Below are positions 1 to 10,470 of a DNA stretch of 64,000 nucleotides, in pieces. The stretch comes from Nitrosopumilus sp. (lineage in GTDB: Archaea > Thermoproteota > Nitrososphaeria > Nitrososphaerales > Nitrosopumilaceae): contig OZ244650.1 in the NCBI GenBank assembly GCA_965218785.1, positions 1,504,001 through 1,568,000 of the forward strand, in the 5' to 3' direction. The notes beneath the pieces were generated by a model. It was given only the letters and a program-made list of their open reading frames with translations. It was not told the DNA's origin and ran no database searches. The first letter of the stretch is position 1; each line of letters opens with the position of its first letter. The translations under genes and the position numbers were made by a program.

Positions 1-75
1 AATAAAGTGTGTTTTGGGGATTAATTAATTTCCAATTTCATTTACAGGTGATTTTCGGCATACCATTTTAATAGA

Positions 76-339
76 ATGATGACGCATTATATCCAAGTAA
101 ACATGCTGGAAAAACAATTCAATCCCGATTTAGTCTATAATAGAATCGTTCATTATTACATAGATAAAAAAGGATATTCAAAGGATCAGGCAAATGGAAT
201 CGCTCAAAAAGTCGTACAAAAAGAGTCACAAAGAAGAATTTGTAAGAATGAAAAATGCAGGCATTTCTCACATGATCACATTAGAAATTCAGAAACATGT
301 CTAGTTGCAGAATGTGAATGTAACGAGTTTACAAGCTAG
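76..339 (+). CDS. small hypothetical protein with C-terminal Cys/His cluster (start possibly ATG 103)
   Basis: ORF with CxxxxCxH...H...C...CxC pattern, typical of small thaumarchaeal Zn-binding proteins. Confidence 0.7.
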   Translation: MMTHYIQVNMLEKQFNPDLVYNRIVHYYIDKKGYSKDQANGIAQKVVQKESQRRICKNEKCRHFSHDHIRNSETCLVAECECNEFTS

Positions 340-1316
340 GTATAATCATCCAAAGAGCTTTCAAGTAACGGCTGTGCGTTGATTCCTATTTTTTGCAGAT
401 ATTGTGCAAACTCTTCAACGAATCCGTGTATAGTGTAAACCTGTTCGGCACCGGATTGGGTCACCAGGTTTACAAGTTCGTTAAAATCACAGTGATCACT
501 AATAGGAAATGAATAGTCGGTTCTTCTTCCAAAAGGAAATCGAGATGACTGGGCCCAGCCACTAAACCCGATTGTTACTGCATCATACTTTGATTTCATG
601 TCTTGAACGAATTTATTTTTGGCAGACATCAGCGGTGCGACCATTATCCAGGGTTTTTTTTCTAACAATCCGTTTTTTTCAGCTTCAGTATGACCGATTC
701 CGTCGCTGAGTGGAACACCTAATTTTTGATGAAGCGAATTCATCTCCTTTACAGAATCGTGAAAATACAGAGGCGCCCAGTGACCAAAAAGATTGGTAAT
801 GGTTTGAGCCTTTCCTAGTTGATATCCCATTAAAATTACAGGAATTCCCTTTCCATAAAGTTCGGAAATCAGTTCATTGACCTGTTTTTGAATTTCATTA
901 ATCCGAGGAAAGGCAAATTCTGGAAGACCAAACGTGCATTCAGTAATCAAGGTTTTGCATTTTGGTATCTTGGCACCCTGAAGAAACCCGCGAGTTCTGG
1001 TGCAGATATCGCCGGTATAAAAGATGTCATCGAAAAACAATCCCCTTGCTCCAAGTATGTGACCGCTGTCAATTAGGGAAAAATCATCAAGGGATTCAAC
1101 GTGATTTTCCATTTTAAATCCACGAAGATTGGCAATTTCATTTGTTTCAAGTGAGGAGAGTATCTTTCCCCCGTTTTTTGATGGAAGATGATCAGAGTGT
1201 GCATGGGAGACAAAATTGACGCCTGTAGAATCGATGTTTTTTGGATCCAAGTAGACGCGTTTGTCACTGACCTCACACAGGATTCCATTTTTTGTCATCC
1301 TAACCTGTCTGGGCAA
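336..1316 (-). CDS. MBL-fold metallo-hydrolase / beta-CASP-like exonuclease
   Basis: SHAHSDH, GHILG, YTGD, TECTFG, SDHCD and HG motifs. Confidence 0.9.
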   Translation of the reverse strand: MPRQVRMTKNGILCEVSDKRVYLDPKNIDSTGVNFVSHAHSDHLPSKNGGKILSSLETNEIANLRGFKMENHVESLDDFSLIDSGHILGARGLFFDDIFYTGDICTRTRGFLQGAKIPKCKTLITECTFGLPEFAFPRINEIQKQVNELISELYGKGIPVILMGYQLGKAQTITNLFGHWAPLYFHDSVKEMNSLHQKLGVPLSDGIGHTEAEKNGLLEKKPWIMVAPLMSAKNKFVQDMKSKYDAVTIGFSGWAQSSRFPFGRRTDYSFPISDHCDFNELVNLVTQSGAEQVYTIHGFVEEFAQYLQKIGINAQPLLESSLDDYT

Positions 1317-1372
1317 TAAGAAGAGAATAATCGGATTTGATATAAATTGCTGGTTTGATCTACTGTTGACTA

Positions 1373-1990
1373 ATGCTAAATCTAGGAATTTTAATCTCAG
1401 GCCGCGGGAGTAACATGGAATCCATCCTAAAGTCAGTCAAGAAAAAAAGGATTCCAATCAACCCAGCAATAGTCATTTCAAACAATCCAGCGGCGAGGGG
1501 TCTGAGAATTGCAGAAAAATTAGGAGTTGCCACAGAAATTGTTGATAGCAAGAACTTTACGGGTGGCAGGGCAGAGTATGATAAAAAAATAATCGCAGTC
1601 TTGACAAAACACGGGGTTACTCCAAGAAACGGTCTGGTATGCCTTGCAGGATTTATGAGGATTATCAGCCCACAGTTTGTAAAAAAATACAAGAACAGAA
1701 TCATCAATATCCATCCGGCATTACTTCCGGCATTTCCCGGACTAGGATCGCAAAAACAGGCGTTGTCATACGGCGTAAAATATTCTGGATGCACGGTACA
1801 TTTTGTAGATACAGGAATGGATACGGGACCGGTAATAATTCAGTCAGTTGTCAAGGTAAAGGAAAACGATACGGAAGAATCACTGTCAAAAAGAATCCTA
1901 AAAGAAGAACATGGTGCATATTCTGAAGCAGTCAATTTGTTTGCAAGAAAAAAAATCAGAGTCTCCGGAAGAAGAGCCATCATCGGTTAA
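1373..1990 (+). CDS. purN: phosphoribosylglycinamide formyltransferase
   Basis: ISGRGSN, LAGFMRI, NIHPALLP, GCTVHFV, DTGPVI motifs. Confidence 0.97.
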   Translation: MLNLGILISGRGSNMESILKSVKKKRIPINPAIVISNNPAARGLRIAEKLGVATEIVDSKNFTGGRAEYDKKIIAVLTKHGVTPRNGLVCLAGFMRIISPQFVKKYKNRIINIHPALLPAFPGLGSQKQALSYGVKYSGCTVHFVDTGMDTGPVIIQSVVKVKENDTEESLSKRILKEEHGAYSEAVNLFARKKIRVSGRRAIIG

Positions 1991-2307
1991 AAATCAGGAC
2001 CGCCAAAAAAATACAAAACTTTGAGTTCCTCTGTATTTCCGTGAAAGAAGTGTTCCACGTCCTTTGCAACAAAAAATAACTTGTCTTTTGAAACCTTGTA
2101 ATCCTTATCTTTAATTTTTAAAAATCCATTACCTGAAATTATATAATACATTTCATCACTATCATGAGGGGTCTGCGTATCTTCTTTGCCGGGTTGAAGA
2201 ACCAGTACGCCTGCAGCCAGACTGTCCTTATTGATAAATGTGTGGAAGTAAGAGCCGCCTTTTTTGATTTTTTCAAGTGATGCAGATAAATCAAATTCTA
2301 GTTTCAA
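1987..2307 (-). CDS. cupin domain protein (probable TTG start at 2307)
   Basis: PHDSDEMYYIISGNG and FFVAKDVEHFF cupin motifs. Confidence 0.85.
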   Translation of the reverse strand: MKLEFDLSASLEKIKKGGSYFHTFINKDSLAAGVLVLQPGKEDTQTPHDSDEMYYIISGNGFLKIKDKDYKVSKDKLFFVAKDVEHFFHGNTEELKVLYFFGGPDF

Positions 2308-2308
2308 T

Positions 2309-2575
2309 TTATTTAACATCCACATTAAATGTATTTCCTGCAGGATCTGCACACATCAGGGAACGTCCATCCGGATGCGGCATCTTATATCGGGGATACG
2401 GATTCGTTTTGATAAAAATCCACCTACTTTTATGATCCGCAATCATCTCATATCTTCTGTCAGGGGATCTTTTAGATGCAGTATCAAACGGTACTTTGGC
2501 AGGCTCAAAAATCCGGCTTTTGTGCGGATCTTCTGCGTTTTCTTCGAGTCCGGTACATGCAGCCATTACAAGCAT
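2309..2575 (-). pseudogene. degenerate VOC/glyoxalase-like gene
   Basis: C-terminal GRSLMCADPAGNTF resembles the VOC DPxGN motif; the N-terminal part looks decayed. Confidence 0.35.
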
Positions 2576-2663
2576 ACTATGACTAGAAGGGGATCATTTA
2601 ACTTCTTTTCTGAGTATATCATAAGACTCTAAGAATTAAATATCTACAAATCAGAAACAGGTT

Positions 2664-3533
2664 ATGGTTGGCACTAAAATTGACGGTATCGTGATTGCAC
2701 AGTCAGTAAAAGACAGGATAAAAAAGTCAGTTGAGGAAATGAAATCCCAGGGAATCAACCCATGTCTTGCTACGGTTCTAGTAGGGGATAATCAGGCATC
2801 TGCCACGTATGTTAAAAACAAGCACAAGGCATGTGAGGAAGTCGGGATTATCACCAAGGATCACAAGCTTGATTCTGCCACTTTGCAGACACGGCTCAAT
2901 GAAATCATTGAAAATTTGAATAACGATAGTTTGGTTCACGGCATTCTAGTACAGCTTCCATTACCTGAACAGTTAGACGAGTTTATCACTACATCAAGAA
3001 TATCCCCACTAAAAGATGTGGACGGGTTAACGCCACATAATACAGGATTGCTTGCAATGAAAAAAGCGGTGCTAGTTGCATGTACGCCATCCGGAGTTAT
3101 GGAGATGTTTGATTATCATGGAATTGATTTGAACGGAAAAACCGTGGTATTAATTAACAGAAGCAACCTGGTTGGAAAGCCGCTTTATCATTTACTGTTG
3201 GAGAAAAACGCAACCGTAATAACGTGTCACTCAAAAACTAGGAACCTGGCGGATCTGTGCCAGACTGCAGATATCATCATTACCGCTGTAGGTGACAGGG
3301 GCAAATTCACTCTAATGCCTGAGATGATCAGAGAGGGGGCAATCGTAATAGATGTTGCAATCTCAAGATTTCAGGAAAAACTGGTAGGAGATTCAGATTA
3401 TGAGCAAATTATCCAAAAAGCATCTTTTGCAACACCGGTCCCGGGAGGAGTAGGACCCATGACAGTTGCCATGCTATTAAAAAATACCGTCATCGCAGCA
3501 TCCTTGAATAGTGAAATTGGAAGACAGTCCTGA
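2664..3533 (+). CDS. folD: methylenetetrahydrofolate dehydrogenase/cyclohydrolase
   Basis: YVKNK, GILVQLPLP, KDVDG, CTP, RSNLVGKP, TPVPGGVGPMT. Confidence 0.97.
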   Translation: MVGTKIDGIVIAQSVKDRIKKSVEEMKSQGINPCLATVLVGDNQASATYVKNKHKACEEVGIITKDHKLDSATLQTRLNEIIENLNNDSLVHGILVQLPLPEQLDEFITTSRISPLKDVDGLTPHNTGLLAMKKAVLVACTPSGVMEMFDYHGIDLNGKTVVLINRSNLVGKPLYHLLLEKNATVITCHSKTRNLADLCQTADIIITAVGDRGKFTLMPEMIREGAIVIDVAISRFQEKLVGDSDYEQIIQKASFATPVPGGVGPMTVAMLLKNTVIAASLNSEIGRQS

Positions 3534-4080
3534 AAAAAAATCACTTCGAAATCTTCTTTTGGAAAAAAGAGATAATACGTCTGCTGATTTTTTGAATATT
3601 GCAAGCCAGAAAATACAAAAAAAAATAAAGAAAATTAACGCGTTTAGAAATGCACAAAAGATCGGCGCGTATTTTCCAATCGGGAGTGAGATTCTGACAC
3701 AGGATATTATTCAAGAGCTGCTAAGTAATGGAAAAGACGTGTTTTTGCCCAGGGTGGAAGGAACGAGGATGGAGTTTAGAAAGATTGCCGGTTTTTCAAG
3801 CCTGGAGAAGGGCAGTTTTGAGATAATGGAGCCCAAGGATGATTGTCAAATAGATAACGAGTTGGATGTGATCCTAGTGCCCACAGTTGGAATATCTCCT
3901 GCAGGAACTAGGCTAGGATACGGTCATGGGTTTTATGACAGGTTTCTAGCAGAGCACAAAAGTGTGACAATATCTTTAACCCTGGAAAAACAGATCATAA
4001 AAAACATCCCAAGAGCAGAACATGATGCCATCATTGACTGGATTGCAACTGAGGATAAAATTCTAAAAACTCGAGGGTAG
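3511..4080 (+). CDS. 5-formyltetrahydrofolate cyclo-ligase
   Basis: RLGYGHGFYDRFL and EHD motifs; adjacent to folD. Confidence 0.95.
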   Translation: MKLEDSPEKKSLRNLLLEKRDNTSADFLNIASQKIQKKIKKINAFRNAQKIGAYFPIGSEILTQDIIQELLSNGKDVFLPRVEGTRMEFRKIAGFSSLEKGSFEIMEPKDDCQIDNELDVILVPTVGISPAGTRLGYGHGFYDRFLAEHKSVTISLTLEKQIIKNIPRAEHDAIIDWIATEDKILKTRG

Positions 4081-4226
4081 TTGGTCCTTTTGCCAATATC
4101 TGTTCTACAGTTTGCAGGGTCGGGGATTTTATCAACGTGGATATGCACAGCAACTGCAGATTCAGGAAGACGGCCTGAAGTACGGATCATCAGAATTAAA
4201 ACCGCATCAATCCAGACCCGTGATGT

Positions 4227-5579
4227 TTAATTGGTAAATTCAGCATTGATTTTTTCTAGTTTTTCCAGGCTTTTTTTAGAGCCAATATCACGTCTGTACT
4301 CCAATACACCTTTGATATGTGTGTCAATGACCGTATCAACGAGTGATGAGGCATCACAGATGGTATCAGAGACGGCACCAAATGCACAAACCCGTGACTT
4401 TTTCAGGGTTTTGTATTGTCCCTCTCCTGTTTTTATACAGGAGGCAAAGAACACACTCACGCCCATGTCCTGGACTGCTTTTTCATCCAGGGTAAAAAAG
4501 ACGGCATCATCACTTTGCTCCGGGTATTCATGTGCCACCAAATATTTGACGACACTTGCCTTTTTGAGAAACGAAACAACATCTTCAGACAACGTGTGGT
4601 TCCAAATGTGAATCAACAGTTCAGAAAAGGATCCATCAAGAACGCTGAGAATGTTCAGCCCCTCCGGGTCGCCAAAGCGCCCGTTGAACTCCATGAACTT
4701 TATGCCTTTTTTTGTCTTGAAAAATCCACCGTTGAGAACGCCGTTAAAAAAGAGGTGATTGGCCCTCATCTCGTCAATTATTTTTTGCATGATGTTTTTG
4801 CAGTTATTTAGATCTTCATCACTCATAAACGGGAGTCGCTTCTCTGAATTTGTAAAACACCCCATGCCTCCGGTTCCTGCACCCTTGTCATCCTCATATC
4901 TAAACGGATAATCATAACTTGCCGGAGAGAGCACCAGGTTGGTACCGTCAGTAATTCCCATGATTGTAAACTCGATGCCATTTAGTTTTTCTACCAACAG
5001 CACCTGCTCATCGCTATTTTTCTTGAGAAGATATGATGCATAATCAATACAGTCCTTATAGGTTGGCAGATGCTCAGGCATTACCTTTACTCCTTTTCCG
5101 CCTGTGAGTCCTTGAGGCTTTACTACAACTTTGATTCCTCTTGATTCAAATTCGGATATCGCCTCTTCCAACTCTTCGGCATTGCATACAATCTTGTAAA
5201 ATGGCGTAAATTCAGGACACGTTTTCTGCATCATCTTCATGGAATATACTTTGTCCCATTCAATACGCGTTGCCTCTTTTGTACCACCTATTGCCTTGAA
5301 ATTATTTTCAAGCAGGATATCCACGACTCCATTGGCAAGGGGTTTGTCTGCACTCACAAAGGCATAATCTATGGAGTGCTCTTTTGCAAATTTTAAAACC
5401 ACACGAGGATCATCAGCATCTGCGATCAGATGCCGTCCACCTGACTGCGCAACACAGTCTATGATTAATGGGTTTTCGTGATGAATTACAGCATACAACT
5501 GTGTATCCTGCATGAGCTGCAGGGCAAAGGCACTCTCGCGTCCCCCACTTCCGACAATGAGAAATTTCTTTTTGTTCAC
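4227..5579 (-). CDS. purD: phosphoribosylamine-glycine ligase
   Basis: VGSGGRE, VVKPQGLTGGKGV, GAGTGGMG, EFNGRFGDPE, YRRDIG. Confidence 0.93.
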   Translation of the reverse strand: MNKKKFLIVGSGGRESAFALQLMQDTQLYAVIHHENPLIIDCVAQSGGRHLIADADDPRVVLKFAKEHSIDYAFVSADKPLANGVVDILLENNFKAIGGTKEATRIEWDKVYSMKMMQKTCPEFTPFYKIVCNAEELEEAISEFESRGIKVVVKPQGLTGGKGVKVMPEHLPTYKDCIDYASYLLKKNSDEQVLLVEKLNGIEFTIMGITDGTNLVLSPASYDYPFRYEDDKGAGTGGMGCFTNSEKRLPFMSDEDLNNCKNIMQKIIDEMRANHLFFNGVLNGGFFKTKKGIKFMEFNGRFGDPEGLNILSVLDGSFSELLIHIWNHTLSEDVVSFLKKASVVKYLVAHEYPEQSDDAVFFTLDEKAVQDMGVSVFFASCIKTGEGQYKTLKKSRVCAFGAVSDTICDASSLVDTVIDTHIKGVLEYRRDIGSKKSLEKLEKINAEFTN

Positions 5580-6098
5580 GGTGAATATTTCTTGGCAATC
5601 CTTAAAATACTGTGTGAATGGATTGTGTCAGTTAATCGGGATCTGAAATATGTGTTATGCAAGTTCGGTTCTGATGCAAGATCAAACCGTTAAATCTCAT
5701 CTCCCTCCCACAACCCCGTAAAATTTCAACTCGATGATCCGTGTTTCAGGTCTTGATGAGTTATCAATGCATGGGAGAATGAATTCTTTTCTTGTCCTAT
5801 GATTTTGTTTGCTTTTCTTGGAATCCGTCCTTTTCAGGCGGTATTCCCAGTACCATCAGAATTTCGTTTTTTATTCACATGCCCAAAGAAGGGTTGGGCG
5901 GTACTGATGATAAATGGAAGAAAATCAAGTTCCAAACCCTGTAATTTACAATTTCAGGGACCAAAACATTCCTATTTCTTCTTTAATTGATTTGAATTTT
6001 TTTGTTTATTTGACCTGGAATTAAATAAAAGAGATACAGCCATAAATTCCGCCCACTTCAATTTAGCTTTATAATGCCACATACATATCAGAATCCAG

Positions 6099-9000
6099 AT
6101 GGAACTTTCCACAAAGTTTGATGCAAAGGCAATAGAATCCCAAGTAAGAGAATACATCGGATCAATGGATTTGGAAAAACAGATTTTCGCATCAGACAAA
6201 CCTGAAAAGATAAGATTCATTGAAGGACCTCCTACAATGAACGGAATTCCACATGCAGGACATCTGAGAGGCAGGGTAATCAAGGATTTGTGGTACCGGT
6301 TCAATACACTGCAGGGGAAGAAGATCAAGTTCAACGGTGGATGGGATACGCAGGGCCTTCCAGTAGAACTGCAGGTCGAAAAGGAGCTTGGCGTCACGGG
6401 AGGAAAGACTGAAGCCATAAGACAGTTTGGAATTGAGAGGATCGTCGCTGAATGTAAAAAAGTTGTAGAGAAATACAACAAAACGTGGGTAAAAGTTGAC
6501 GAGTTACTTGGCATGTCATTTAACCACGAAAAGGCATACTGGACATTTAGGGATGAATTCATTGAAAGGGAATGGCAAGTTCTAAAAAAAGCATATGAAA
6601 ATGGAATTCTAGAGGAGGATTTTACGGTAATTGCATACTGTCCAAGCTGCCAAACATCACTCAGTCATGCAGAAGTAAATCAGGGGTATGAGGAAGTAAA
6701 AGACCCCTCATTATTTTACAAAGTAAAACTAGCAGACGAGGATGCATATCTGATTGTATGGACCACAATGCCATTTACTCTAGTTACAGACGCAATGGTG
6801 GGACTGCAGCCCAAAGAGGATTATGTTTATGTCAAAGTAAAAGATCAAACCTGGATTGTGGGGAAGAGCAGACTCGAGGAATTCATGACGGAGGTAAAAG
6901 TGGAAGAATATAAAATTGAAAAAACCGCAAAGGGTTCAGAATTTGAAGGCAGGAAATACATTCATCCGCTGCTGGATCTGATTCCGCAATTAAATGAACG
7001 CGCAAAATTGGATAATTATCATGTGGCAGTCTCTGAAACATTCGTCGATGCCAGCACCGGTAGTGGCCTGGTTCATCTGTCTCCTGCAAACGGTGAGGAA
7101 GACATCAAGATAGCAAACAAAAGAAAGGTCAAAATCTTCATTCCCATTGATGATGAGGTAAAATTTACCGCTCAGGCAGGCAAGTACTCGGGAATGTTTG
7201 TCAGGGATGCAGACAGGGTCATTGTTGAAGACCTAAGAGAGCGTAATGCCCTTGTAAAAATTGGAAAAATAAAACACAAGTATCCATTATGCTGGAGATC
7301 TCACCATCCCATCGTCTGGCTTGCCAGAAAAGGTTGGTTTTACAAGCTAGACCGTCTTGATGACAAGGCAGTTGATGCAGCAGAAAGTGTGGAATACTTT
7401 TTTGAGCAGCCAAAAAACAGATTTTTGGGAATCATCAAAGAGAGACATCCATGGTGTATTTCACGAGAAAGAATCTGGGGTTGCCCATTACCGGTATGGA
7501 GTTGCGGGGATTGCGGTGAAAAAAACTGGTTCTTTTCAAGAAAGGACATAGTTGATGCAGCAGAGAATCTGCCAGACGGCCCAGACTTTGAATTACACAG
7601 GCCATGGATTGACAAGATTACAGTAAAATGCAAAAAATGCAACAGTACCAAAACAAAAAGAGAAGAGTATGTTTTAGACACGTGGCACAACAGCGGATCT
7701 GCGCCTTATTCATCACTGACTGATGAGGAATACACAAATGAGATTCCTGTACCGTTTCTCACCGAGGGAATTGATCAGACCAGAGGATGGGCATACACGC
7801 TGCTTATTGAAAATGTAATTCTAAAGAACAGTCCGACCCCGCCTTATAGCGCATTTTTGTTCCAAGGGCACGTTCTTGATGAGAAGGGGGGGAAGATGAG
7901 CAAAAGCAAGGGAAATGTTCTGGAGGGGGCAGATTTACTGCAAAAATATCCGGTAGACTTGGTAAGGTTCTATTTCATGTGGAAGGCAAGTCCGATTGAA
8001 CCGCTAAGTTTCAGCACAAAAGAGCTGATGTCAAGGCCATACCAGGTAATTAACACGTTATTTAATTTACATCTCTACTTTAAGCAGAACAGCGAATATG
8101 ATAATTTTGAACAGACAAGGACGATTGAATGGGCAAAACAGGAGAATCTGCTAACATCGCCAGATATTTGGCTCTTATCAAAACTTGAAAAACTGATTCA
8201 AAAGGTTACAGAGAAAAACGAGACATGCAGGTTCCACGAGGCTGCCAGAGCAATCGATGATTTTATCATAAATAATCTAAGCCAGGCATACATTCCAATT
8301 ACAAGAGGGGAGCTGTGGGACGAAGAAAAGAAGAAAAGACGATTGGCAATTTATACAGTACTAAGCAAGGTACTCAAAACTTTAGATGTCCTGATTCATC
8401 CGTTTTGTCCATTTTCAAGTGAATATCTTTATCATACAGTCTTTGGTGGAAAGCAAAGCATCCTACTTGACAAATGGCCCCAATATCAGGAATCACTGGT
8501 AAACAGTGAGATTGAGGAATCATTTGACATTATGAAAGATGTGGTATCCGTATCATCGGCTGCAAGAATGAAGGGAAAGCTAAAGCGAAGATGGCCATTA
8601 AATGAGGCACGAATCTGTGTAAGAAAGAATCAGAAAGCAAAGCTGGAATCATTGTCTGATTTGTTACAGAGTCAGTTGAACGTGGAAAAATTCAGCATCG
8701 TGGAGACAGAAAAAGAATCAGGGTTGGAACAGATCTTGGAATTAAGACAGTTGGGACTGCCAGTCAAGGCCGTGGTAGAACTAGAAAGAAAGAGGATAGG
8801 ACCAAAAGCAAAACAACACATGGGAAAACTAGTCGCAATGTTTTCTGAAACAAATCCTGAAGAGATTATTGAATCATTACAAAGGGAGGGAAAATATGAT
8901 TTTGATATCCAAGGGGAGGTTATTTCACTAGATAACGAAGACTTTGTTATGGATTTTGATGCAAGTGAAAATTTTGCAGTGGCAAAAAAGGACAGTTACA

Positions 9001-9290
9001 TCGTGTATATCTCAACATCACGAAACAGGGAGACGATGGCAAAAGGACTGATAAAAGACGTTGCAAGAAGACTTCAGACACTTAGAAAGGAGAGGGGATT
9101 CAATCCAACTGACATACTGGGGGTCGCATCGATTCTTGATTTAGACGAAGAGTCACTTGAGATGTTAAAAGACAAGGCCGACGAGCTGGCATTTTTAGTC
9201 AGGGTAAAGCAGGTAAATTTTACACAGTCCTGTCAAGAATACAAAAATGACGATATTGATGGTCAAAAAATCAGAATATCTGTGGAATAG
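6099..9290 (+). CDS. ileS: isoleucine-tRNA ligase
   Basis: GPPTMNGIPHAGH (HIGH-type), GWDTQGLPVE, WTTMPFTL, EGIDQTRGW, KMSKS. Confidence 0.98.
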   Translation: MELSTKFDAKAIESQVREYIGSMDLEKQIFASDKPEKIRFIEGPPTMNGIPHAGHLRGRVIKDLWYRFNTLQGKKIKFNGGWDTQGLPVELQVEKELGVTGGKTEAIRQFGIERIVAECKKVVEKYNKTWVKVDELLGMSFNHEKAYWTFRDEFIEREWQVLKKAYENGILEEDFTVIAYCPSCQTSLSHAEVNQGYEEVKDPSLFYKVKLADEDAYLIVWTTMPFTLVTDAMVGLQPKEDYVYVKVKDQTWIVGKSRLEEFMTEVKVEEYKIEKTAKGSEFEGRKYIHPLLDLIPQLNERAKLDNYHVAVSETFVDASTGSGLVHLSPANGEEDIKIANKRKVKIFIPIDDEVKFTAQAGKYSGMFVRDADRVIVEDLRERNALVKIGKIKHKYPLCWRSHHPIVWLARKGWFYKLDRLDDKAVDAAESVEYFFEQPKNRFLGIIKERHPWCISRERIWGCPLPVWSCGDCGEKNWFFSRKDIVDAAENLPDGPDFELHRPWIDKITVKCKKCNSTKTKREEYVLDTWHNSGSAPYSSLTDEEYTNEIPVPFLTEGIDQTRGWAYTLLIENVILKNSPTPPYSAFLFQGHVLDEKGGKMSKSKGNVLEGADLLQKYPVDLVRFYFMWKASPIEPLSFSTKELMSRPYQVINTLFNLHLYFKQNSEYDNFEQTRTIEWAKQENLLTSPDIWLLSKLEKLIQKVTEKNETCRFHEAARAIDDFIINNLSQAYIPITRGELWDEEKKKRRLAIYTVLSKVLKTLDVLIHPFCPFSSEYLYHTVFGGKQSILLDKWPQYQESLVNSEIEESFDIMKDVVSVSSAARMKGKLKRRWPLNEARICVRKNQKAKLESLSDLLQSQLNVEKFSIVETEKESGLEQILELRQLGLPVKAVVELERKRIGPKAKQHMGKLVAMFSETNPEEIIESLQREGKYDFDIQGEVISLDNEDFVMDFDASENFAVAKKDSYIVYISTSRNRETMAKGLIKDVARRLQTLRKERGFNPTDILGVASILDLDEESLEMLKDKADELAFLVRVKQVNFTQSCQEYKNDDIDGQKIRISVE

Positions 9291-9369
9291 GTTTTAAAGT
9301 TCAATCAGCCCTCAGATGCCCAAATTGAGTAAAATATCCCAAATCCGTGCCAACAAAACGACTGTATAA

Positions 9370-9387
9370 TGTAATATTTTTATTACA
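9370..9387. promoter_or_regulatory. palindrome overlapping the putative TATA box of the DPS-like gene
   Basis: TGTAATA-N4-TATTACA perfect inverted repeat about 20-38 nt upstream of ATG 9408. Confidence 0.45.
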
Positions 9388-9407
9388 ATCAATAATCATA
9401 CAAAGAA

Positions 9408-9992
9408 ATGTCCGATTCAAACCCAAACGTTGTTGGAATTAATATCTTAAAACAAAATGGCTTGGATGTTGATGAACTGGTAAATCAATTAATCACAAAC
9501 GCCGCAGTTGAATTTACAGCATACTACTATTTCACCAATCTTAGGGCACATTGTACGGGCATGGAAGGTGAAGGACTCAAGGGGATTATCGAGGATGCAA
9601 GGCTGGAGGATCTCAGTCACTTTGAATCATGTATTGAGAGAATCTACCAGCTGGGAGGCTCCCTTCCAAAGGACGCAACTGAATTTATCAAAATTTCCGG
9701 TTGTGAGTTCTTACAGCTTCCGGCAAATCCAACAGATCATAAAGCTATTCTTGAAAAATGTCTCAAAGCAGAACAGGGTGCAATTGTAAACTGGAATAAA
9801 ATTTGCAAAATGACACTAGGTAAAGATCCTGCAACATACGATATCGCAAAAGATATTCTGGCAGAGGAGATCGAGCACGAGTCTTGGTTCTTGGAGCTAA
9901 TATATGGACGGCCATCAGGACACATGAGAAGAAAGTATTCTGGTGAAAGACCACACACAAGAAAACATTCTAGAGCGCTTGACATGGCATAA
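9408..9992 (+). CDS. dps: DPS-like (DPSL/thioferritin) ferritin-family protein
   Basis: EFTAYYY, EDARLED-HFE, ERIYQLGG, AEQGAI, EEIEHESWF, GRPSGH. Confidence 0.92.
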   Translation: MSDSNPNVVGINILKQNGLDVDELVNQLITNAAVEFTAYYYFTNLRAHCTGMEGEGLKGIIEDARLEDLSHFESCIERIYQLGGSLPKDATEFIKISGCEFLQLPANPTDHKAILEKCLKAEQGAIVNWNKICKMTLGKDPATYDIAKDILAEEIEHESWFLELIYGRPSGHMRRKYSGERPHTRKHSRALDMA

Positions 9993-10100
9993 TGTCAAAC
10001 TAATTTGTTTTCAATTCAGGATTATGTTACTTTATTGACGGCAAGTTGTGAATATGCGTTGTTTTATCATGGTTAAATAGAAAAATCACGTGTTAAGTGC

Positions 10101-10430
10101 ATGGTAAAGCAGATCAGTCTGGATGCTTGGCAAATCCAACATTTGGAAGATCTGTTAGAAAAGGGATCAGAGATTGTTGCAAAAACAAACATGCCCATCG
10201 TCCTGTACAGACAGACACTAGAGGAGAAGGAAGAGTCCTATGAAGAGATCGTGTGTACGCTTACCAAGGGATACGTGCTCGAACAGATGGTTACATCAGG
10301 GGGAGTCCTGGTTCCAAATTTTCATCAGCAATCAGTGTTTACCATTGAAGAGTATCCCCAAGAATTATTGAGAAAAAGCAGGGATCGCTTTTTGGAGATG
10401 ATTGATTTTCTTGAGGAACAGCTAAAGTAA
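10101..10430 (+). CDS. conserved hypothetical protein
   Basis: clean 109-aa ORF with TATA-like element upstream. Confidence 0.8.
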   Translation: MVKQISLDAWQIQHLEDLLEKGSEIVAKTNMPIVLYRQTLEEKEESYEEIVCTLTKGYVLEQMVTSGGVLVPNFHQQSVFTIEEYPQELLRKSRDRFLEMIDFLEEQLK

Positions 10431-10470
10431 TATCATAATTAATAAAGACCGTAAAATTCATGATTCTTGC

